DNA of 6,746 nucleotides from a virus (Duplodnaviria; Heunggongvirae; Uroviricota; Caudoviricetes): IMG/VR virus record IMGVR_UViG_2663763286_000009, positions 1 to 6,746 of that record; one strand, 5' to 3'. Shown piece by piece: positions 1 to 5,097 of this stretch (position 1 is its first letter; each line of letters starts with the position of its first letter). The notes under the pieces were generated by a model. It saw only the letters and a program-made list of their open reading frames with translations, ran no database searches and was not told where the DNA came from. The position numbers and the translations under genes were made by a program.

Positions 1-119
1 TAACGTGGGTGGACTGGTATAACAATCGACGATTGCTGGAAAGGCTGGGCCATATTCCTCCGGCAGAAGCAGAAAAAGCTTATTATGCTTCCATCGGAAA
101 TAATGATCTGGCAGCCTGA
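1..119 (+). CDS. 3' end of an rve/integrase-core DDE transposase (IS3-family-like); partial, 5' end outside window
   Basis: Frame with codons starting at 3 translates to TWVDWYNNRRLLERLGHIPPAEAEKAYYASIGNNDLAA and stops at TGA 117-119. The W-Y-N-x-R-x(5)-LG-x(2)-P-x-E pattern is typical of the C-terminus of rve-domain transposases. The antisense frame here reads as junk (FICELRLPDHYFRWKHNKLF). Confidence 0.45.
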   Translation, partial: TWVDWYNNRRLLERLGHIPPAEAEKAYYASIGNNDLAA

Positions 120-729
120 GTTCACAGATAAAATACTCTCCAGGAAACCCGGGGCGGTTCAGCACAATGTCCGCCACAGTTTCTGTTTTAATTTCTTCCT
201 GTGTTGCGGCTTCCCGGACTGGTAACGCAGCACCTGCTGGCTGAGGAAAGGCCTTACCATCACTTTCCGTTACCAGCGCGGCTTTCGGCTCTGCTGGTAA
301 ATTATCGCCCGGCATGCAGTAACGAAATCCACCGTTCTGATTAACGCGTGCCAGCCGCCCCGTTGCGGTTACCACCGCCAGCGTGGAAGCAACCTTGCGA
401 GTACTGACACCGAACTTACCCGCTATTTCTTCACAGGTTTTAGCCCCCTCCTGAGCGATAAACTCAATCATCATGTTAGCGCTAACTTTTGGAGCGACCT
501 CTTCGGTCAGCATATCCTGTGTTTCAGATTTTACTGGCCGCTCTTCGGTTACCCGGGATTCACCTTCGACAGCCAGAAACCAGGTGTGACCCGTTTTATC
601 AACAACGCCATTTTTTTTGAGCTCCCACAGTTCGTTGAGAACTTCTTCACGGCTGATATCAATTCGTGCCGCCAGTTCAACAGAATTGGCTTTTCCCATC
701 GCTTTCAGTGCATGTAATACGGTTTCCAT
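120..729 (-). pseudogene. ydaW-like putative DNA-binding protein, 3'-disrupted; reading frame runs without a stop into the transposase-like segment
   Basis: ATG at 729 preceded by GAGGTG 8 nt upstream. Translation METVLHALKAMGKANSVELAARIDISREEVLNELWELKKNGVVDKTGHTWFLAVEGE... is protein-like for about 195 codons, then degenerates near 120-160 where the opposite strand encodes the transposase tail. No in-frame stop down to position 1, which is why it is missing from the ORF track. Sits immediately downstream of the DnaC-like gene, as ydaW does in Rac. Confidence 0.5.
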
Positions 730-754
730 CGAAAATTCACCTCGTTAAAAATTC

Positions 755-1495
755 TCACATACCCTGACGTCCAACGTTTGACCGCCAGCTCTCCCAGTTA
801 AAATTCACCCAACGACCACCGTTCATGGTCATCCGGTCCATAATCCTCTCACCAAGAAGCGTGCTCATTGCGGCATGATTCAGGTTTGTCAGCATCCCGA
901 CACTGCGCAGTGATGCCGTCCGGCGGTCAACAATCTGGTGCAGTACCACCTGCTCGTTTTTCGTCTCACGCTGGATGCCAATTTCGTCAAGAACCAGGAG
1001 GTCCACTTCGCACAGTTCACGCAAAAATTTTTCGCCTGACTGCCCGTCGTCATAGCTGGCGTGCAGGGCGCTCATAACATCAGCCACGGTAACCACAATC
1101 ACTGTCTGACCGTCTTTCAGCAGGCGATTCCCGATAGCTGCCGCTAAGTGATTCTTCCCGGTACCAGGTTTTCCGCTGAACGCAAAATTTGTATACCCGG
1201 TCATCAGTTCATCAGCGATGGATTTCGCCTGGCTTAACGCGTATCGCTGGCCGTCGTTCTGCACCTGGTAATTCGCAAACGAGCATTTACGGTGCAACGG
1301 CTGGATGCCAGAGCGATTCAGAATTTTTTCCACCCGCAACTGACGATTCAGACGGTTGATCTCCTCGCAACGTTTCTGGCCTTCAGTAAGTTGCCACTCA
1401 CGCCACTCCGCAACCGTTCTGAATGGGGCGGTTACATGTGGTGGGGTCAGTCTGCGGATACGCTCCAGAACGCCGCCTGTCGCAATATTTTTCAT
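755..1495 (-). CDS. ydaV: DnaC-like replicative helicase loader (AAA+ ATPase), Rac YdaV-like
   Basis: 246-aa ORF with Walker A GKPGTGKNHLAAAI and Walker B DLLVLDEIG. Collinear similarity to E. coli DnaC as remembered (SGIQPLHRKCSFANY, MLTNLNHAAM, RWVNFNWESW). ATG 1495 lies 6 nt after the ydaU stop. Symbol assigned from family, length and synteny, not from an alignment. Confidence 0.9.
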   Translation of the reverse strand: MKNIATGGVLERIRRLTPPHVTAPFRTVAEWREWQLTEGQKRCEEINRLNRQLRVEKILNRSGIQPLHRKCSFANYQVQNDGQRYALSQAKSIADELMTGYTNFAFSGKPGTGKNHLAAAIGNRLLKDGQTVIVVTVADVMSALHASYDDGQSGEKFLRELCEVDLLVLDEIGIQRETKNEQVVLHQIVDRRTASLRSVGMLTNLNHAAMSTLLGERIMDRMTMNGGRWVNFNWESWRSNVGRQGM

Positions 1496-1501
1496 GGTCT
1501 G

Positions 1502-2290
1502 TTACCCCCTGAAGCCTGGCGGGATCGCACTGTCCGGCAACGAGACGGTGTTAACCTGTCGGAGCAACGTCTCAGGCCGAACACCTTTCGGTACGAACAA
1601 GCCCTGGTATTCATTGGCGATGCTGTGTCGAATCACCTGCTCAGGTGTAAAACCCTGCTGACGGAATTTTTCCAGTTCCCGTATCGCCCCGTTAGCGCCC
1701 TGCTCCGTTCGAATCGGTTTTCGCAATGCCTGCCTGAACTGAACCCACTCATGCCAGAGTGTTTCCGGCAACCAGTCAGGCAGCTCGATAGCCTCCGGCT
1801 CGAATTTTTTAGACGCTCGTTTTTGGCGAGGGGGATTTAGGGGGAGATCAGTATTTATATCTTCCTCTTCCTCTTCCTCTGGTAACGCTTTTTGATCCGT
1901 TTGTGTAACGCTGCCAGCGTTACCTTTTCGTTTCAGTTCGCGTATTTTTGTAACTCGCTCGTTTGTAACCGCCCGTTTTTTAGAGCTTTTCCCGTTATGA
2001 CGTTCAAAGTTAGGTAGAGAAAGCCCACCGTCATTTTCGACCAGCCATCCAACCTGAATTAACGCATCAGCAAAACCAGCCATAAAAGTGATGCGATCTA
2101 TTGCACTTTTTGTAACGCCGCGAGCGTTACAATCTGCATTACCGTCTATCATTTGTTGATCCGCCCATGCCCAGAAGCGAATAACCTTCCCTAATGCGGC
2201 ATCTGGATCAATATTCAGAATCTCAGCAAGCCTGAATATTTCCGGCTTATCCGGCGTAATAACCTCGAGCTTTATCCAGTTTGAAGCCAT
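1502..2290 (-). CDS. ydaU: Replication initiation protein, O-like: N-terminal DUF1376-type domain, acidic linker, DnaT-like C-terminal domain; Rac YdaU-like
   Basis: 262-aa ORF; ATG 2290 with AAGGTG 8 nt upstream and an in-frame stop 3 codons upstream. EEEEEE linker encoded by the repeat at 1861-1880. Paired with and translationally coupled to the DnaC-like gene, as dnaT-dnaC and lambda O-P are. Contains iteron-like palindromes. Symbol by synteny. Confidence 0.8.
   Translation of the reverse strand: MASNWIKLEVITPDKPEIFRLAEILNIDPDAALGKVIRFWAWADQQMIDGNADCNARGVTKSAIDRITFMAGFADALIQVGWLVENDGGLSLPNFERHNGKSSKKRAVTNERVTKIRELKRKGNAGSVTQTDQKALPEEEEEEDINTDLPLNPPRQKRASKKFEPEAIELPDWLPETLWHEWVQFRQALRKPIRTEQGANGAIRELEKFRQQGFTPEQVIRHSIANEYQGLFVPKGVRPETLLRQVNTVSLPDSAIPPGFRG
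1861..1880. repeat. Hexanucleotide repeat (CTTCCT)x3 on the plus strand, encoding the EEEEEE linker of ydaU
   Basis: cttcctcttcctcttcctct read directly; in-frame 6-nt unit. Confidence 0.6.
1905..1923. repeat. Perfect 19-bp palindrome GTAACGCTG c CAGCGTTAC inside ydaU (iteron-like, copy 1 of 3)
   Basis: Every position pairs except the central base. Half-sites GTAACGC at 1882-1888 and TGTAAC at 1949-1954 and 1964-1969 cluster around it, with T-rich tracts nearby. Confidence 0.5.
2110..2132. repeat. Palindrome TTGTAACGC cgcga GCGTTACAA inside ydaU (copy 2)
   Basis: 9-bp arms with a 5-bp centre; same arm sequence as copy 1. Confidence 0.45.
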
Positions 2291-2302
2291 TTGTTTTCAC
2301 CT

Positions 2303-2323
2303 TGTAACGCTCGCAGCGTTACA
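2303..2323. repeat. Palindrome TGTAACGCT cgc AGCGTTACA in the ydaT-ydaU intergenic region, next to the ydaU Shine-Dalgarno (copy 3)
   Basis: 9-bp arms with a 3-bp centre; same arms as copies 1 and 2. No U-tract on either strand, so not a terminator. Confidence 0.45.
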
Positions 2324-2367
2324 TTTAACTGATACCGAACAAAACAATCCGGCACGATTAATTTCAA

Positions 2368-2790
2368 TCAATGCACTACGACAGAATCGCCGGGCGACCC
2401 ACCACCGCTGAAATGTGCTTTCCGGTAAACGGCCTGGACTGCATCATCATGCGCATCAATTGCCGTACTCAACGCTTCCTGCGCCGCCAGTAATGCACGG
2501 CGTTCCAGGGTATCGAAGATGCAGAGTCGGTGACGCAGCTCGCGCGGAAGAATTGCCAGAACCGCAGGGATCAGTTTCTGAATTTTTTCCCTTTGCGCTT
2601 TCGTTTCACCTTTTAACCAACGGTGATAGATGTTCTGCTGATTATTCCAGTCCTTGCCTGGTACCAGGGGCAATTCGCCGCCTCCCTGGCGCAGATATTC
2701 TTCAGTAATTGCACTGGCTACCCATGCCTGCCCTTTTTCAGCTGCCAGGGCTAACAGCACTGATTCGATGTGCTCATGCCTGATTTTCAT
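2368..2790 (-). CDS. ydaT: YdaT-family protein (reported toxic partner of the RacR/YdaS/YdaT module)
   Basis: 140-aa ORF; ATG 2790 with GGAG 7 nt upstream; start overlaps the 3' end of the upstream HTH gene by 17 nt. Position and length match Rac ydaT. Symbol by synteny and length. Confidence 0.8.
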   Translation of the reverse strand: MKIRHEHIESVLLALAAEKGQAWVASAITEEYLRQGGGELPLVPGKDWNNQQNIYHRWLKGETKAQREKIQKLIPAVLAILPRELRHRLCIFDTLERRALLAAQEALSTAIDAHDDAVQAVYRKAHFSGGGSPGDSVVVH

Positions 2791-3049
2791 GAATCAACTC
2801 CTGTGTATTTTGTGTGTTAGCCTTACATCCAACAGGTAAACCGTCGGTTGGATTCGGGTAGATATCAGGCCGGAGTTCATGAGGTGTAACCTCGAAATTC
2901 GTTACTTCAGCAACACGTAATGCTTTTTCAGGGCTGAATCTTTCATAGCCCCCCAGCACTCGACTTACATGCACCTGAGATAAACCCGTTAGCTTCCCAA
3001 ACTGTAGCTGGGTGATATGTTTCTCTTTTAAATAGTCTCTTAAGTTCAT
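2774..3049 (-). CDS. ydaS: Cro/CI-type helix-turn-helix protein, YdaS-like
   Basis: HTH segment ITQLQFGKLTGLSQVHVSRVL. ATG at 3049 with AGAAGG Shine-Dalgarno about 6 nt upstream is preferred over the track's TTG start at 3055, which has no usable spacing. First gene of the minus-strand operon, divergent from the repressor. Symbol by synteny. Confidence 0.8.
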   Translation of the reverse strand: MNLRDYLKEKHITQLQFGKLTGLSQVHVSRVLGGYERFSPEKALRVAEVTNFEVTPHELRPDIYPNPTDGLPVGCKANTQNTQELIHENQA

Positions 3050-3077
3050 AGCCAACCTTCTACGTTATGCCTCGAGC

Positions 3078-3108
3078 AAATATTAGCCCTACTAATTTTA
3101 AAGATCAA
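3078..3108 (-). promoter_or_regulatory. Sigma70-type promoter for the ydaS-ydaT-ydaU-ydaV operon, with an overlapping operator-like element
   Basis: Read on the minus strand: -35 TTGATC (3108-3103), 17-nt spacer, -10 TAATAT (3085-3080). A 23-bp imperfect palindrome (3078-3100: AAATATTAG cccta CTAATTTTA on the plus strand) covers the spacer and -10. Confidence 0.45.
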
Positions 3109-3120
3109 TAGTCAGACTAT
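3108..3120. promoter_or_regulatory. Perfect 13-bp palindrome ATAGTCaGACTAT between the divergent promoters; candidate operator
   Basis: 6-bp arms ATAGTC/GACTAT around a single central base. Abuts the -35 of the ydaS promoter and lies in the spacer of the putative racR promoter. Confidence 0.4.
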
Positions 3121-3123
3121 CTT

Positions 3124-3132
3124 TGATAATAT
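3124..3132 (+). promoter_or_regulatory. Putative extended -10 element (TGaTAATAT) of the repressor gene promoter
   Basis: TG at 3124-3125 followed by TAATAT at 3127-3132 (alternative GATAAT 3125-3130). Poor -35, as expected for a PRM-like autoregulated promoter. Short leader without a Shine-Dalgarno. Confidence 0.3.
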
Positions 3133-3156
3133 TGGTAAAACAAATAAACTCTATGT

Positions 3157-3618
3157 ATGAAAAAAACACGCGAAGTGATTGCAACTCCAGAAGCGAGCAA
3201 GAATTTAAAAGCCGCATGGAATGCAAGAAAAAAAGAGCTGAAGCTGACTCAAGAGTTGGCGGCTGAGTTGTTGGGATTCGAATCTCAAGGCACCGTTAGC
3301 CAGTATCTGAACGGCAAGATACCGGTAAATACCGACGCTGCGCTAAAATTTGCGGCTCTGTTAAAGGTAAAACCAGAGGACATTCGAGAAGACCTTAAAG
3401 ACTTAATGAATTATGTAAGATCATCAGATACTTATGATGATAGCTTTTCAGGCAAAGGATGGAGGCTGGTCAATGAAGAACAGGCAGAGTTACTTAACCT
3501 CTTCGAGATTCTACCTGCGTCAGAAAAAGCCAAACTCCTTAACCAGCTACGTGGACTAAACAAGCTCTACGAGGAAGCCTTCGAGAACATGCTGGCACTA
3601 AAGAAACGTAACCAGTAG
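3157..3618 (+). CDS. racR: Prophage repressor-like XRE-family HTH protein without an S24 peptidase domain, RacR-like
   Basis: 153-aa ORF; N-terminal HTH (LTQELAAELLGFESQGTVSQYL); C-terminus helical with no Ser/Lys peptidase motif. In-frame stop immediately upstream of ATG 3157 and no clear Shine-Dalgarno. Divergent from the ydaS operon, followed by an intrinsic terminator. Symbol by synteny. Confidence 0.75.
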   Translation: MKKTREVIATPEASKNLKAAWNARKKELKLTQELAAELLGFESQGTVSQYLNGKIPVNTDAALKFAALLKVKPEDIREDLKDLMNYVRSSDTYDDSFSGKGWRLVNEEQAELLNLFEILPASEKAKLLNQLRGLNKLYEEAFENMLALKKRNQ

Positions 3619-3644
3619 CCACCGCTCACTACCCCACCCACAAC

Positions 3645-3677
3645 AAAAAAAAACCGACGTCTTAGTCGGTTTTTTTT
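3645..3677. terminator. Bidirectional rho-independent terminator downstream of the repressor gene
   Basis: A9 run (3645-3653), stem CCGAC (3654-3658) / GTCGG (3665-3669) with loop GTCTTA, then T8 run (3670-3677). The A and T runs can extend the stem. Confidence 0.6.
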
Positions 3678-3774
3678 GTGCCATAACTTCTGCAAATCAG
3701 CTGTATAACTAATATTTTTCCCTTGAAAAAACATTTACATAGTTACAAAATCAAAAATATAATACGCCTTGCTG

Positions 3775-3805
3775 TTGACTTAAAATATACGTGTCACTAA
3801 TATTT
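3775..3805 (+). promoter_or_regulatory. Strong sigma70-type promoter (PL-like) with overlapping operator-like element
   Basis: -35 TTGACT (3775-3780), 17-nt spacer, -10 TAATAT (3798-3803). A 23-bp imperfect palindrome AAATATACG tgtca CTAATATTT (3783-3805) covers the spacer and -10. Architecture and 9-mer CTAATATTT are shared with the ydaS promoter. Confidence 0.5.
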
Positions 3806-3960
3806 CTATCGAGAACAGCACGGCGCTGTAGGTTTTAGTTCCGCCACCCGGCGTTAAGGGAAAAGATTTGAGGTGATGTATGACGGGAGTGAAAATAGCG
3901 CCTATCAAACTTACCATAGACGCTACAGAAGTAACGGAACACTTTAGTGCGATACATGGG

Positions 3961-4191
3961 TTATTTAAACTTCCACCCGCTGCCTTTGAGGGTGTTCCGG
4001 AGCATGTCATTGACTTGTTTCTGAACTACATTTTTTCCTTGCTTAATAACATCGTCCTTAGTGATTTCTCGACCACATTCGGCACAACTAACGCCAACGA
4101 AATTAGTGTCAAAGTCAAAATCATCGGGCCGCTTGAGCATCTCACTGCCGCAATCAGGGCAGGCAACCTTCAAGGTCTGATTTTCGAGCAT
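3961..4191 (-). CDS. Small C4 zinc-ribbon protein (76 aa), function unknown
   Basis: Two CxxC pairs (CPDC and CAEC, 21 residues apart). ATG 4191 with GGAAGGA 7 nt upstream and an in-frame stop at 4222-4224. No ATA/AGA/AGG codons. The fully overlapping plus-strand ORF (3880-4230) is Leu/Ile/Phe-rich with rare codons, consistent with an antisense shadow. Confidence 0.55.
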   Translation of the reverse strand: MLENQTLKVACPDCGSEMLKRPDDFDFDTNFVGVSCAECGREITKDDVIKQGKNVVQKQVNDMLRNTLKGSGWKFK

Positions 4192-4409
4192 AGAAAAATC
4201 CTTCCATCTGTTGGGGGATATTCAGATTAACCTAATTTTCGCTGTTGGGGAATAACGAAAACCACCGAAGCCCGGAGGTGGTGAAATAAAACCGGGCACA
4301 ACACGAAGGCGCATTTCCGATATCCATAAAGAGTCGGTCTTGTCTGTTAAATTTAAATGGTGGGAGTGCGCCTCCGGTTGTAAATAACGACATTGCTGTG
4401 TGTAGTCCT

Positions 4410-4457
4410 GGCGGCATCAGTTTTTTCTTGAAGTTCGGCTGATGTCCGCCCTTTTTT
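4410..4457 (+). terminator. Terminator-like hairpin followed by T6 on the plus strand
   Basis: Arms GGCGGCATCAG (4410-4420) and CTGATGtCCGCC (4439-4450) form an 11-bp stem with one bulge and an 18-nt loop, followed by CTTTTTT (4451-4457). No T-run after it on the minus strand. Confidence 0.3.
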
Positions 4458-4527
4458 AAGTGAATTTTGTGATGCGGTGAATGCGGCTAAGCGCACGTGG
4501 CACAGTTAAAAGTCATGTTAGTCCTTA

Positions 4528-4556
4528 TTGGTTTGGGTGGGAAAGCCGACTGTAAT
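4528..4556 (+). promoter_or_regulatory. Candidate kilR promoter
   Basis: -35 TTGGTT (4528-4533), 17-nt spacer, -10 TGTAAT (4551-4556), about 75 nt upstream of kilR ATG 4632. Confidence 0.3.
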
Positions 4557-4631
4557 TGTTAACTGGTTGCAGTCACCTGGAGGCACCAGGCACCGCATCA
4601 ACAAAGTTCATTTGTAAAAATGGAGATAATT

Positions 4632-4853
4632 ATGATTGCACATCACTTCGGAACTGATGAAATACCACGTCAGTGTGTGACTCCTGGCGATTATGTTCTT
4701 CATGAAGGCCGGACATATATTGCCTCGGCAAACAATATTAAAAAGCGAAAACTATATATTCGTAACCTGACCACAAAAACATGCATTACTGACCGCATGA
4801 TTAAAGTCTTCCTCGGTCGTGATGGTTTACCTGTAAAGGCGGAGTCATGGTGA
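4632..4853 (+). CDS. kilR: KilR, Rac prophage killing protein (cell-division/FtsZ inhibitor)
   Basis: 73-aa product [73 protein letters not shown] recognised as KilR. GGAG 5 nt upstream of ATG 4632; the upstream in-frame ATG at 4620 has no Shine-Dalgarno. Confidence 0.85.
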   Translation: MIAHHFGTDEIPRQCVTPGDYVLHEGRTYIASANNIKKRKLYIRNLTTKTCITDRMIKVFLGRDGLPVKAESW

Positions 4854-5023
4854 TGACTAAGAAAATAAAATGTGCTTACCACCTTTGCAAAAAAGACGTT
4901 GAAGAAAGCAAAGCTATTGAAAGAATGCTTCACTTCATGCACGGGATTTTATCAAAAGACGAACCGAGAAAATATTGCAGTGAATCTTGTGCCGAAAAAG
5001 ACCAGATGGCACATGAACTTTAA
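4853..5023 (+). CDS. ydaE: YdaE, small Cys/His-rich metal-binding protein of Rac (56 aa)
   Basis: Below the ORF-track size cutoff. [59 protein letters not shown] 4853 overlaps the kilR stop (TGATG) with GGAG 8 nt upstream; stop TAA 5021-5023. Confidence 0.8.
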   Translation: MTKKIKCAYHLCKKDVEESKAIERMLHFMHGILSKDEPRKYCSESCAEKDQMAHEL

Positions 5024-5097
5024 TTAATTGACTATTCGAAACTGAATTTATGCCAGAAATGGCAGGTATTCGCTCAACCTTAATTAAGGAGAAAAAC

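Noticed and set aside
868-1840. Plus-strand ORFs 868-1077, 1292-1840 and 1356-1661
   Set aside because: Antisense shadows inside the well-supported DnaC-like and YdaU-like genes; no ribosome-binding sites; low-complexity, Arg/Ser/Pro-rich translations.
2303-2323. ydaT-ydaU intergenic palindrome as an intrinsic terminator
   Set aside because: No U-tract on either strand, and the same arms recur twice inside ydaU, which fits a protein-binding site better than an RNA hairpin.
2415-2839. Plus-strand ORFs 2415-2708 and 2654-2839
   Set aside because: Antisense to ydaT and ydaS; no Shine-Dalgarno; composition typical of shadow ORFs.
3053-3055. TTG start for ydaS used by the ORF track
   Set aside because: The Shine-Dalgarno would be only about 1 nt from the TTG; ATG 3049 two codons downstream has proper spacing.
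3619-3800. 58-aa minus-strand ORF spanning the terminator and the 3' end of the repressor gene
   Set aside because: Runs through the terminator hairpin and poly-A/T runs, has no ribosome-binding site, and translates to a homopolymer-derived FFF/KKK sequence.
3780-4010. Minus-strand 76-aa ORF 3780-4010
   Set aside because: Its start lies inside the plus-strand promoter/operator element, it has no ribosome-binding site, its composition is not protein-like, and it overlaps the better-supported zinc-ribbon ORF in another frame.
3880-4230. 116-aa plus-strand ORF with a strong Shine-Dalgarno, directly downstream of the PL-like promoter
   Set aside because: Not called as a CDS. It fully overlaps the zinc-ribbon ORF in the same codon register, is Leu/Ile/Phe/Thr-rich as expected for the antisense of a Lys/Glu/Asp-rich gene, and uses rare ATA/AGA/AGG codons. 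The opposite strand carries a non-random double CxxC motif. It cannot be excluded, and is kept as a finding.
4232-4417. Minus-strand 61-aa ORF
   Set aside because: Contains the GC-rich hairpin and T-tract, has no Shine-Dalgarno, and translates to low-complexity sequence; the interval is more likely regulatory.
4620-4631. Upstream in-frame ATG (4620) for kilR and, likewise, ATG 5050 for racC
   Set aside because: Neither has a Shine-Dalgarno. The internal ATGs 4632 and 5098 have GGAG / TAAGGAG at proper spacing and give the 73-aa and 91-aa products recognised as KilR and RacC.
4700-4942. Minus-strand 80-aa ORF
   Set aside because: Antisense shadow of kilR and ydaE.
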